Below, piece by piece: positions 1 to 8,976 of a stretch of 64,000 nucleotides of DNA (within the stretch, counting starts at the first letter, position 1; the number at the start of each line of letters is the position of its first letter). The notes beneath the pieces were generated by a model. That model did not search any database, had not been told where the DNA came from, and saw nothing but the letters and a program-made list of their open reading frames with translations. Position numbers and translations under genes: made by a program. This DNA comes from Mageeibacillus sp. UBA3781 (GTDB lineage: Bacteria > Bacillota > Clostridia > Saccharofermentanales > Saccharofermentanaceae): NCBI GenBank assembly GCA_002368805.1, contig DFFH01000130.1:10863-74862 (forward strand), read 5' to 3'.

Positions 1-686
1 CGGAACCGGCCGGAAAAAGAAGGCTCGACTCCACCGGCATACAGGTGGGAGACATCTCCGAAAGAAAGCATGCGGAACTGGGCGATCCCTTCTCGTCTTT
101 CTTCCGTCACGACAGTAGTAACGGATGTGGGGGCCGCCATCATGGCATGCCACATGATAAAAGGCGAAAGATTCAGGAGATAGGATAAAAGAACTGCCTC
201 CAGACCGTAATGGCAGAAAAGCACGATCGTATCGTTATTGGGCTTTTCTGCACGGAACCATTTTCCTTCTTTTCTGTAGCCATGCTTCTCGAGAAGTTTC
301 TCAAACTCAGAATAGACCCAGTCTCTTTCCTCTCGTACATGTGCGGCTTTCAGCGCAGGATACTCGGTCCACTTATCATAATCGAAAGCATAGGGCATGC
401 TCATCCAGTCCTGCGGGCACCAGTCCCATGCCACGCCAAGTTTTTCCGGACGCTGGACTTTCGGCGCGAATTCACGAAGCCACTCCAGCTCTTCCGCGTC
501 TTTTCCCATCTTGGGAAGACAGTAGGAAGCGGTTTCCCTGGCCCGTCCCAGAGGCGAGACATAGCAATAATCCGCCGGAACTTTTTTCATTCGTTCCGAA
601 AGAAGTTCAGCTTCGATTTTTCCCTGTTCGGTCAGGCAGTCATTCTCATAATCCGGATCACCGTGCCGGACGATCAGTATCTTCAT
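1..686 (-). CDS. histidine phosphatase family protein (phosphoglycerate-mutase-like); 3' end lies outside the window
   Basis: Hand translation of the minus strand is open from the window edge to the ATG at 686. It reads MKILIVRHGDPDYENDCLTEQGKIEAELLSERMKKVPADYCYVSPLGRARETA...LFCHYGLEAV, with the RHG motif and the downstream His motif of the family. It is missing from the ORF track because its stop is outside the window. The + ORFs 210..752 and 341..706 are its antisense shadows. Confidence 0.8.
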   Translation of the reverse strand, partial: MKILIVRHGDPDYENDCLTEQGKIEAELLSERMKKVPADYCYVSPLGRARETASYCLPKMGKDAEELEWLREFAPKVQRPEKLGVAWDWCPQDWMSMPYAFDYDKWTEYPALKAAHVREERDWVYSEFEKLLEKHGYRKEGKWFRAEKPNNDTIVLFCHYGLEAVLLSYLLNLSPFIMWHAMMAAPTSVTTVVTEERREGIAQFRMLSFGDVSHLYAGGVEPSFSGRF

Positions 687-767
687 ATACGTCCCTTTCT
701 ATTTAATGATTCCTTCATCTCATACATTGTAACAGAATACAAGGATAGATAAAGACTTGACTACGCT

Positions 768-800
768 CAAAAAAAGAGACAGTCCCGAAAGACTGTCTCT
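768..800 (-). terminator. rho-independent terminator after tsf
   Basis: 10-bp stem agagacagtc (775..784) / gactgtctct (791..800) with loop ccgaaa. On the minus strand it is followed by a T-run (the complement of aaaaa at 770..774). Confidence 0.6.
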
Positions 801-824
801 TCAGTAAGTTCATCTTAAATCAGA

Positions 825-1751
825 TTACTTGATCTGCTTCATAACTTCTTCAGCGAAGTTCTCTTCCTTCTTGGCAATACCTTCACCCATTTCGAAACGT
901 GTGAAACGACGGATGGTAACGTTGTTGCCGAATTCCTTTGTGTATGTAGCGATCGACTTAGAATCATCCTTAACGAATTCCTGCTCCATGAGGCAGTTCT
1001 CCTTATAGAACTTCTCGATGTTACCCGGCAGGATTCTCTCCTTGATGATCTTTTCCGGCTTACCTTCGTTGAGGTTCTTGTTGATGATGATCTCCTTTTC
1101 CTTCTCGAGATCAGCTTCCGGAACATCCTCACGTGTGAGCCACTTCGGGTTTGCAGCAGCAACCTGCATAGCGATATCCTTAGCAAAATCAGCGAACTTG
1201 GAATCTGTGATGATGGAATCATCCTCTGTGCCAAACTCTACGAATACACCGATCTTACCGCCCATGTGGATGTAAGAAGCAACAGCGCCGTTGCCCTCTA
1301 CCTCATATACTACGAATCTTCTGATAGAAGTATTCTCTCCGATATCAGCGATAGCTTCCTTCTGGAAGAGCTCAACTGTCTTGGACTCATCATTGTAAAG
1401 TGTCTGAGCCATCAGTTCTTCAACATTCGCCGGCTTCTTAGCAAGAATGTGTGTAGCAACTGCATCTGCGAAAGCCTTAAACTTGTCTGTGTTAGCAGCA
1501 AAGTCTGTCTCGATGTTGATCTCTACGAGAGCACCGGACTTCTTGTCGTCAGCGATCTTGGCAATTACTGCGCCTTCAGCAGCGACTCTTGCGGACTTCT
1601 TCTCAGCCTTTGCAATACCCTTCTCACGAAGCCATGCAACTGCCTTCTCAATATCACCCTCAGATTCCTGAAGAGCTCTTTTACAATCCATAATACCGGA
1701 ACCTGTCATGTCACGAAGTTCCTTGACCTGTGCAGCACTAATTTCAGCCAT
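825..1751 (-). CDS. tsf: translation elongation factor Ts
   Basis: The protein reads MAEISAAQVKELRDMTGSGIMDCKRALQESEGDIEKAVAWLREKG, a typical EF-Ts N-terminus. A GGAGG RBS lies upstream of the ATG at 1751, so the track start at 1766 is probably an over-extension. The gene sits directly downstream of rpsB, as in the conserved rpsB-tsf operon. Confidence 0.95.
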   Translation of the reverse strand: MAEISAAQVKELRDMTGSGIMDCKRALQESEGDIEKAVAWLREKGIAKAEKKSARVAAEGAVIAKIADDKKSGALVEINIETDFAANTDKFKAFADAVATHILAKKPANVEELMAQTLYNDESKTVELFQKEAIADIGENTSIRRFVVYEVEGNGAVASYIHMGGKIGVFVEFGTEDDSIITDSKFADFAKDIAMQVAAANPKWLTREDVPEADLEKEKEIIINKNLNEGKPEKIIKERILPGNIEKFYKENCLMEQEFVKDDSKSIATYTKEFGNNVTIRRFTRFEMGEGIAKKEENFAEEVMKQIK

Positions 1752-1804
1752 TGTTATATCCTCCAATTAAATATTTGTTTAATTACGATACTTGAAAAGC
1801 ACTA

Positions 1805-2572
1805 TTATGCTTCAGCCGGAGCCTCAGCTGCTGCTTCTTCAGCAACTTCCTCAGCTACTTCAGCGTCCTCAGCCTGAACGTCGAGCTGCTCGCCCTGACG
1901 GCCTTCGAGAACAGCGTCAGCCATATGACCGGCAATGAGCTTAACCGCACGGATCGCGTCATCGTTACCCGGGATTACATAATCAACTTCTTCCGGATCG
2001 CAGTTGGTATCAACGATAGCAACTACCGGGATGCCAAGACGACGAGCTTCGGAAACTGCCAGGTGCTCTTTCTTTGTATCAACGATAAAGAGGCAAGCCG
2101 GGAGCTTCTTCATGCCCTGGATGCCACCAAGGTTCTTATCGAGCTTTTCCATCTCGAGCTTCAGCTTAGCAACTTCCTTCTTTGTGCGAAGATCGAAAGA
2201 ACCATCTTCGGACATTGTCTTCAGTTCTGCCAGACGAGCGAGACGCTTCTCAATTGTCTTGAAGTTTGTGAGAGTACCACCGAGCCAGCGGTTGTTGATG
2301 TAGAACATGTTGCAGCGGACTGCTTCCTCAGCGATGGAATCCTGAGCCTGCTTCTTTGTACCTACGAAAAGGATGTTTCCGCCGTCTGCAGCAATAGAAC
2401 GTACGAAGTCATAAGCTTCCTCTGTCTTCTTTACTGTCTTCTGCAGGTCGATGATGTGGATGTTGTTACGCTCCGTGAAGATATACTCCGCCATCTTCGG
2501 GTTCCAACGGCGTGTCTGGTGACCAAAGTGTACACCTGCTTCAAGAAGCTGCTTCATAGAAATAGTTGACAT
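1805..2572 (-). CDS. rpsB: 30S ribosomal protein S2
   Basis: [27 protein letters not shown] is the S2 signature N-terminus. The RBS caGGAGGaattttt precedes the ATG at 2572. The C-terminus is an acidic Ala/Glu-rich tail. Confidence 0.95.
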   Translation of the reverse strand: MSTISMKQLLEAGVHFGHQTRRWNPKMAEYIFTERNNIHIIDLQKTVKKTEEAYDFVRSIAADGGNILFVGTKKQAQDSIAEEAVRCNMFYINNRWLGGTLTNFKTIEKRLARLAELKTMSEDGSFDLRTKKEVAKLKLEMEKLDKNLGGIQGMKKLPACLFIVDTKKEHLAVSEARRLGIPVVAIVDTNCDPEEVDYVIPGNDDAIRAVKLIAGHMADAVLEGRQGEQLDVQAEDAEVAEEVAEEAAAEAPAEA

Positions 2573-2662
2573 AAAAATTCCTCCTGTTTTTTCTTCCATA
2601 AGGGCTACCCCGGTGTCTCCGGAGAACAAAAGCTACCCCTTATGTGATTTTTAGCCTTTAAA

Positions 2663-2691
2663 ATGATACAATGAAGTAGCCGCATTGGCAA
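2663..2691 (-). promoter_or_regulatory. putative sigma-A promoter of rpsB-tsf
   Basis: On the minus strand: TTGCCA (2691..2686), a 17-nt spacer, then a TG-extended TATCAT (2668..2663). Confidence 0.4.
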
Positions 2692-2754
2692 GTGTTTTTC
2701 AAAAGAAATTCACTAAAACAGGCATTTTTATATGAAATCGAGGTCATTATACAT

Positions 2755-4092
2755 ATGAATCATCTATCCGAGCAAGAAAAAAACACTTTTAACAGCATTC
2801 TTTCTGATCTGATCGCCATTCCGAGCGTGAAGGGCGAGCCATCCGATGGCGCCCCGTACGGAGTTCAGCCGAAGGCGGCACTCTCCTACTTTCTAAAGCG
2901 CGCTTCGGAAGATGGCTTTATTGCAGAAAATATCGGAGACAAAGCCGGATACGTCCAGTGGGGAACCAAAGGTCCTCTTCTCGCCGTCCTGGGACACCTC
3001 GATGTCGTGCCGGAAGGATCGGACTGGAAGACCGAAGCTTTTACGCTTACATCTGACGGCCCGTATTTCTGCGGACGTGGTGTGGTAGATGACAAAGGAC
3101 CGGTCGTAAGTTCTTATATGGCGCTTTTACGTTTTAAGAAGAATCACCCGGATCCGGATTACCGTGTCCGTCTGATCGTCGGAACGGACGAGGAGCATGG
3201 CTCCTCCTGTATGGAAAGATACTGCGAGACCGAAGAGCTTCCGGATATCGGATTTACACCGGATGCCGAATTCCCGTGTATCTTCGCGGAAAAAGGAATC
3301 TATCAGATGCATTTTGAAGCAGATCCCGATGGAAGATTTACCCTTCATGGTGGAAATGCAGCAAATATGGTTCCTCCCTATTGTGAATGCATCGATCTTA
3401 AAGAAAGCAAAGGAATATCCACAAAGGGTGTTCAGGCACATGCTTCTCATCCAGCACTTGGTATCAACGCGATCGATCTGATGCTCGATAAGATGGATCC
3501 GGCACTTCTTTCCGGTTCTCCTCTTCTTCTTTTAATGAAGAAGTATTTCAGCGGATCATCCGAGACACCGTTTTCTTCCTTCTTCGGCAGTGACATTTCC
3601 GGAGCGATGACGACCAATGTCGGTATCGTTGATATCAGCACGGATCACGCAAGGCTTCACGTGGACATCCGCTTCCCTGTCACGATTTCCGGCAAGGAAG
3701 TACGAAAGAAGCTTGAAGAAGCCGCAGATGAGTTCGGTGTGAAAGTCGTTGACGATTCTGTTCAGCCGCCTCTCTTTAAGGATAAGGAATCCAGACAGAT
3801 CTCGGTCCTTACAGAAATCTACAGCAACTACCGCGAACTCTTCCCCTATTCCGAGGACGAGAAAGAAAAGAGAGCTGCTGCTATTTCCGAGAAAGCGGCT
3901 CCGATCGCCATCGGTGGAGGAACTTATGCACGTACTATGCCGAATATCGTAGCCTTTGGTCCTCAGCTCCCGTGGGAGAAAGATCAGTGCCATCAGGCCA
4001 ATGAAAGGATCCTCAAAGAAAGCTTGTACCTCCTCGTACCGATGTACGAAGAGGCACTGGAAAAGCTTGGCGATATTATTACCGGTAAGTGA
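2755..4092 (+). CDS. pepV: M20-family dipeptidase (PepV/Sapep-like)
   Basis: The protein carries SVKGEPSDGAPYGVQPKAAL...AVLGHLDVVPEGSDWKTEAFTLT...FCGRGVVDDKGPVV, the PepV-type metal-binding motifs. A GAGG RBS precedes the ATG at 2755. The GTG at 2692 would overlap the rpsB promoter. Confidence 0.8.
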   Translation: MNHLSEQEKNTFNSILSDLIAIPSVKGEPSDGAPYGVQPKAALSYFLKRASEDGFIAENIGDKAGYVQWGTKGPLLAVLGHLDVVPEGSDWKTEAFTLTSDGPYFCGRGVVDDKGPVVSSYMALLRFKKNHPDPDYRVRLIVGTDEEHGSSCMERYCETEELPDIGFTPDAEFPCIFAEKGIYQMHFEADPDGRFTLHGGNAANMVPPYCECIDLKESKGISTKGVQAHASHPALGINAIDLMLDKMDPALLSGSPLLLLMKKYFSGSSETPFSSFFGSDISGAMTTNVGIVDISTDHARLHVDIRFPVTISGKEVRKKLEEAADEFGVKVVDDSVQPPLFKDKESRQISVLTEIYSNYRELFPYSEDEKEKRAAAISEKAAPIAIGGGTYARTMPNIVAFGPQLPWEKDQCHQANERILKESLYLLVPMYEEALEKLGDIITGK

Positions 4093-4093
4093 T

Positions 4094-5515
4094 TTATACG
4101 AATCTTCTTACAGTGACAACGCACGACATCGGAACATAGTCTTCCACGATTCCGCCGCGGCTTGTCGAAGCATGGATCACGACTCCGCTGCCGCAATAAA
4201 GGCTTACGTGATCGACTCTTCCGTCTCCGTCATAGTCATGGCAGATGACATCTCCGGCTTTCAGATCCTGATTCGTAACATCTGTACCCATCTTAGCGAT
4301 CGATGCAGACTGATGCGGAAGTGAAATACCGTAATAGCGCGCATATACATACATTACGAAGCCGGAGCAGTCGAGACCCTGGAGCGATGCTCCGGTATAG
4401 ACGTACGGGATTCCGATAAAAGCTCTGGCATATGTCAGAAGATCACAGGAACCCGGATCCGGAATAGAACGCTTTACGGGTGCAGGTGTCGGTGTTGCCG
4501 GAGCAGAAGGTTCAGACGGTTCATCCACCTTCGAATTCGGACGAGTGGTCGTAGGAGACGTAGGCTCATCTTTCTGCTCAGGTTTTTCTGTCTCCAGTTC
4601 GGATCTTACGAGATCAGAGCGGACATAACCTCCGTCAGAGAGCTTATACCATCCGTTACCGGTCTTAGCCACGACTTTAATTGCTTCGTCTCTGACAAGT
4701 TTTCTTACGATAGCATCATCCGTACTCGGGCCGGATCTGACATTAACATCACCATTTGAATAGAATGTGCCGCTCATTTCTTTTTCCGTTACCTTCGGAG
4801 CAGGAGTCGGCGTCGGAGTTGCCTTCGGTTTCGGAGTGGTCTTTACATCTTCTTTCTTCTCCGGAGTTGGTGTCGGAGTCTTCTCTTTCTTCGGAGTTAT
4901 CTCCGGTGTAGGAGTAGCCGTTGGCTCCGGAGTAGGTGTAGGAGTTGCCAAAGCTTCAGAAGTCAGATTCTCAGAAAGAACATATCCGGTGACCTGACCT
5001 TCTTCTGTCTCAAATGCGATATGCGACCAGGCAGATCCGATGCCGATACGCTTCACCATGTCCGCATACTGAATCGTCTCAACGACTTCCGCATCAGAAG
5101 CAGGAGAAGAGTATACCATCATCGCTTTTAATGCATAAACCACTTCATCCTTAGGAGCAAATGCAGCAGCATCGAGCATCTCAACTGCCACACCGTCGCG
5201 GTTGCTATGTTCGGAAATGATATAAGTATCGTTTATAAGCGGATCCACTTCCTCATTCATTTCAGACTCGGGAGAATATCTCAGCTGAACAACTTTTGCA
5301 GATCCTGCGGCAGAAGCCTGCAGCGTCTCATCAGAGGGAACGGAGAGATATGTATCGGAAGCATGTCCGAGAGGAACGATAGGAAACAGCACGGTAATCA
5401 TAGACACCACCATGATGATCGATGACATCTTCAGACCGCGATGCAGATGACGCTCAGTCATTCTCTTTTTCAGTTCGTCATTCAGACCTATTTTCTTCGA
5501 ATCCTTTTTCAACAT
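4094..5515 (-). CDS. membrane-anchored NlpC/P60 (C40) cell-wall hydrolase with SH3b-like domains and Pro/Thr-rich linkers
   Basis: The C-terminus reads GIPYVYTGASLQGLDCSGFV...DHVSLY...VIHAS, giving the Cys-His-His catalytic set. Internal linkers include PTPTPEPTATPTPEITPKKEKTPTPTPEKK. The N-terminus has a TM segment. A GGAGG RBS precedes the ATG at 5515. Confidence 0.85.
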   Translation of the reverse strand: MLKKDSKKIGLNDELKKRMTERHLHRGLKMSSIIMVVSMITVLFPIVPLGHASDTYLSVPSDETLQASAAGSAKVVQLRYSPESEMNEEVDPLINDTYIISEHSNRDGVAVEMLDAAAFAPKDEVVYALKAMMVYSSPASDAEVVETIQYADMVKRIGIGSAWSHIAFETEEGQVTGYVLSENLTSEALATPTPTPEPTATPTPEITPKKEKTPTPTPEKKEDVKTTPKPKATPTPTPAPKVTEKEMSGTFYSNGDVNVRSGPSTDDAIVRKLVRDEAIKVVAKTGNGWYKLSDGGYVRSDLVRSELETEKPEQKDEPTSPTTTRPNSKVDEPSEPSAPATPTPAPVKRSIPDPGSCDLLTYARAFIGIPYVYTGASLQGLDCSGFVMYVYARYYGISLPHQSASIAKMGTDVTNQDLKAGDVICHDYDGDGRVDHVSLYCGSGVVIHASTSRGGIVEDYVPMSCVVTVRRFV

Positions 5516-5744
5516 TGCCTCCAAACAGGTTATTTCCAATATAATTACATCATAATTATATCGTACCTGCACCCTCTTGGAAACAATTGTGACATAATTG
5601 TAATATGGCGCAAAGAATTGACGCAAAATCTCAAATCCGTTTTAGGCGCATTTCCAAGTGTTTTGATAATCAAATGATTTCTATTGACTAGCATCAATGT
5701 CAAGATAATGATATTTTTTCAGAAGCACTGCCAGTCTATAAGAA

Positions 5745-5783
5745 AGCAAAAAAGAGCCGCCCTTTTAACAGGACGGCTCTTTT
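5745..5783 (-). terminator. rho-independent terminator after the ispH-rpsA fusion gene
   Basis: Stem agagccg (5753..5759) / cggctct (5774..5780). On the minus strand it is followed by ttttttgc. Confidence 0.6.
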
Positions 5784-5807
5784 GAACGATCAAATCAAGT
5801 AAGAGGA

Positions 5808-7844
5808 TCACTCTTCAGCAGGTGTAGCCTCTGCTGCCGGTGCTTCTTCCTTAACTTCCTCTACAGGAGCAGCTTCTTCCTCATCCTTCGGTTCCGGATT
5901 GATCGGAGCTACTTCCTTGATGGAGATGCTGATGCGGCGTGCTGTCGGATTAACATCGAGGACCTTAGCCTCAACCTCCATACCTTCCTTCAGAACATCC
6001 TGTGGCTTATTCAGTCTTACATCGGAGATCTGGGATACATGGCAAAGAGCATCGAGATTCGGCTCAAGCTCAACGAATGCACCGAACTGGAACATACGGA
6101 CAACCTTACCGCGAACGATAGAACCTACCGGGATACGCTCTTCAATGTTATAGAACGGATCATCCTCAGCCTTCTTATAGCCGAGAGAAATTCTCTTCTT
6201 CTCCGGATCAAAATCCTTAACATATACATGTACCTTATCACCAACGGAGAGAACTTCCGACGGATGATGGATGTGATTCCAGGAGAGCTCGGATACGTGG
6301 ATAAGTCCATCCACACCGCCGATATCTACGAAAGCACCGAAGTCTGTGAGGGATCTTACGACACCGTCGTACTCCTTATCCTTTTCAATACCGCTCCATA
6401 CTTCCTCAGCTTTTGCCTTACGCTCATTGTTGAGAAGTGTTCTTCTGGAACCGGAAACTCTCAGGCGGCGCTTGTCCGGATCGAACTGTGTGATAAGGAT
6501 CTCGATCGTCTTACCCTTGTAAGCTTCAAGATCGTTAACAACATTCAGTTCAAGCTGTGTTCTGTGAATGTAGATGTCAACTCCGCCGTAACTTGCGATG
6601 ACACCATCTTTAACTACGTTTGTGATCTTAACTGTAACCGGCGTCTTATTCTCGTAAGCCGCTTCGATTTCTGCTTTATTCTTGCTGAAATCCACATGAG
6701 ACTTGGAAAGAATGATCTCTTTACCCATGTCAGTATTGCGGATGCTCTTTACGTACACTTCAATCTCTTTGTGCTCTTCAACTGCCGCTTCAAAGTCAAA
6801 ATCAGGTTCAAACTCACTTCTTGGAATCTTGCCTTCCGACTTATCATGGACATCTACATATACGAAATCACTGTCGCAGGTCGTGATTGCTCCCTTCACT
6901 GTAGCGTTCTTTCGAAGCTGTGGAATGCTTTCAATGTAATCGCCAAAATTGATGTCGTTAGACTCTGGATTCGTGTTTACCCCGTTTTCACTCATGGTTT
7001 GGATAACCTCCCTGATAATACTCACCGGCGTTGATGCTCCTGCCGTAACTCCGATCCGCTTCACCTTGCGTTCCCTCCACATAGGAAGCAGCGGTAAAAC
7101 TTCTTCGGCGCCACCAACAAGATATGTCAGCGCACAACGATCTGAACATATGTCATAGAGTTTCTTTGTATTTGAGCTGGTCTTCGATCCTATGACGATC
7201 ATAACATCGGAAAGCTCAGCCAGATCCGCAGTTTCTCTCTGCCTATTTTCAGTCGTATAACATATTGTACCAAAAATTTGATCATTTGCAATTTTTTTCT
7301 GCACGAATTCACAAATTTCTTGGAAAACCTTACTGGAAAACGTCGTTTGGGACACCCAAACGGAATCAGATTCGATATTTGGGAGTGCCTGACACTCTTC
7401 CAAAGACGATATCACCGTCACAGGATGAGTGCTTTCTCCGCAGATGCCGACGACTTCCGGATGTCCTTTCGTTCCGGTGATATATACGGGATGTCCTTCT
7501 TTTCCCGCTTTATTTACGATAGTATGGATCTTCTTTACAAAAGGACATGTGCAGTCGATGATCTCACAGTTTCTCGATGAAAGCTCCTCCATCACCTGCG
7601 GAGTAACTCCATGGGCACGGATCAATACCACACTGCCTTCATCGACCTCACCAGGTTCATGCACGAGGATCATGCCGGAAGATAAAAGATCACCGACGAC
7701 CGTCTCATTGTGCGTGATCTCTCCCAGCATATAGATCTTCCGTCCCGGATACTTTTCCAGGATGGAATACGCTGTTTTCACGGCACTTTCGACACCGAAA
7801 CAAAAACCGGATGATTTAGCTGATTCGATCTTCCAGGATCCCAA
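5808..7844 (-). CDS. ispH: bifunctional 4-hydroxy-3-methylbut-2-enyl diphosphate reductase / ribosomal protein S1-domain protein
   Basis: The N-terminal half is IspH (GFCFGVESAV, CPFVKKIH, and a Cys in TICYTTENRQ). The C-terminal half has four S1 OB-fold repeats (GKVVRMFQFGAFVEL and similar). A probable TTG start at 7844 lies 9 nt after GAGGAAGG. The track start at 7943 lies inside cmk. Confidence 0.9.
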   Translation of the reverse strand: MGSWKIESAKSSGFCFGVESAVKTAYSILEKYPGRKIYMLGEITHNETVVGDLLSSGMILVHEPGEVDEGSVVLIRAHGVTPQVMEELSSRNCEIIDCTCPFVKKIHTIVNKAGKEGHPVYITGTKGHPEVVGICGESTHPVTVISSLEECQALPNIESDSVWVSQTTFSSKVFQEICEFVQKKIANDQIFGTICYTTENRQRETADLAELSDVMIVIGSKTSSNTKKLYDICSDRCALTYLVGGAEEVLPLLPMWRERKVKRIGVTAGASTPVSIIREVIQTMSENGVNTNPESNDINFGDYIESIPQLRKNATVKGAITTCDSDFVYVDVHDKSEGKIPRSEFEPDFDFEAAVEEHKEIEVYVKSIRNTDMGKEIILSKSHVDFSKNKAEIEAAYENKTPVTVKITNVVKDGVIASYGGVDIYIHRTQLELNVVNDLEAYKGKTIEILITQFDPDKRRLRVSGSRRTLLNNERKAKAEEVWSGIEKDKEYDGVVRSLTDFGAFVDIGGVDGLIHVSELSWNHIHHPSEVLSVGDKVHVYVKDFDPEKKRISLGYKKAEDDPFYNIEERIPVGSIVRGKVVRMFQFGAFVELEPNLDALCHVSQISDVRLNKPQDVLKEGMEVEAKVLDVNPTARRISISIKEVAPINPEPKDEEEAAPVEEVKEEAPAAEATPAEE

Positions 7845-7866
7845 AATCGTAAAACCTTCCTCTGAA

Positions 7867-8535
7867 TTATTCCTTAATATATGAAAGAAGCAGATCCTGC
7901 GTCTGTTCAATATCGATCTTTGTCGTATTGATCTCGATGGCATCCTCGACCTTTACGAGCGGAGAAGCAGCACGGGTGGAATCCTGCTGATCTCTGTACT
8001 GGATATCGCGGAGGACATCTTCATAAGTAGTATCCGTAACACCCTTTTCCTGAAGCTCAAGAAGTCTTCTTCTGGCTCTTTCCTCCGCATCCGCGACGAG
8101 GAAGAACTTATACTTCGCATTCGGGAATACTTTGGAACCGATATCACGGCCATCCAGGATGACGTTCTTTCCTTCAGAGATCTTTCTCTGAAGATCTACC
8201 ATTTTTTCTCTGACGACCGGGATTGCGGAAACATCCGAAGCTGCAACTGAAACACCCGGCATACGGATCTCGGAGGAGACATCTTTCCCATCAAGCCATA
8301 CATGCTGGGATCCGTCTTCATGTGTGATATCGATTCTAATATCCTGCATCATCTTCTCTACAGCTTCTGTATCCTTTGTATCGATGCCGCTCTTTAAAGC
8401 TTTTAATCCGCAGGCACGGTACATAGCACCTGTATCCAGATAAAGGATTCCCAGCTTCTTGGCCACACCTTTTGCCAGGGTGGATTTTCCGGAACCGGAA
8501 GGACCGTCAACAGCAATCTGATAATACTCACTCAT
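7867..8535 (-). CDS. cmk: cytidylate kinase
   Basis: IAVDGPSGSGKSTLAKGVAKKLGILYLDTGAMYRA carries the P-loop and the Cmk signature. A GGAGG RBS is present. Confidence 0.95.
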   Translation of the reverse strand: MSEYYQIAVDGPSGSGKSTLAKGVAKKLGILYLDTGAMYRACGLKALKSGIDTKDTEAVEKMMQDIRIDITHEDGSQHVWLDGKDVSSEIRMPGVSVAASDVSAIPVVREKMVDLQRKISEGKNVILDGRDIGSKVFPNAKYKFFLVADAEERARRRLLELQEKGVTDTTYEDVLRDIQYRDQQDSTRAASPLVKVEDAIEINTTKIDIEQTQDLLLSYIKE

Positions 8536-8556
8536 TTTTCATTTCCTCCTAATCAA

Positions 8557-8976
8557 TTAAATAGCGCGGTGTCCCAGGCCGATCGCGATCTCATTAAGAT
8601 GTAAAAGGCCAATACCGAAATACACACATACGCTGATATGGTCGTTATAGCGGGCGATACCGATCTTCCCGCCGACATTCAGGCCGATCGCCTTCGATGT
8701 GATCTGGGAGATCGCTTCTCTTGCAGCCCCTGCAAGAGCACCCTCTTCATTATGATTATTCCCGATGATTCCTTCGCGCTGGGCGGCAACGACACATCTC
8801 TCGATGATCTTACTGACGGAAGAGATGAATTCTCCGCCGAAATCGGCCGCCGTTGCGTTGATTTTCTCGGCTTTCAGAGCTTCTTTAAGCTCTGCTTCTT
8901 CCTCTCGGGAATTTGTAAGCGCGATGCGGATCGAAGCGGAAGCGGTAAGTTTACTGCTGGCAATCAATTCTTTCAT
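8557..8976 (-). CDS. HutP-family protein (putative RNA-binding regulator)
   Basis: A 139-aa protein whose C-terminus ...IGLLHLNEIAIGLGHRAI resembles B. subtilis HutP (...TFGVGINHI, recalled from memory). The length also matches HutP. Confidence 0.65.
   Translation of the reverse strand: MKELIASSKLTASASIRIALTNSREEEAELKEALKAEKINATAADFGGEFISSVSKIIERCVVAAQREGIIGNNHNEEGALAGAAREAISQITSKAIGLNVGGKIGIARYNDHISVCVYFGIGLLHLNEIAIGLGHRAI

Noticed and set aside
210-752. 180-aa and 121-aa plus-strand ORFs at the left edge of the window.
   Set aside because: They are shadows of the minus-strand histidine-phosphatase gene (1..686). That gene has clear family motifs and is only missing from the track because its stop is outside the window.
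4780-4960. Repetitive ACC/CCG-rich DNA that could be mistaken for a tandem-repeat or CRISPR-like array. The plus-strand ORF 4767..4997 reads GVGVGV.
   Set aside because: It encodes the Pro/Thr/Lys-rich interdomain linkers of the NlpC/P60 hydrolase on the minus strand. The repeats are irregular and have no spacer structure.
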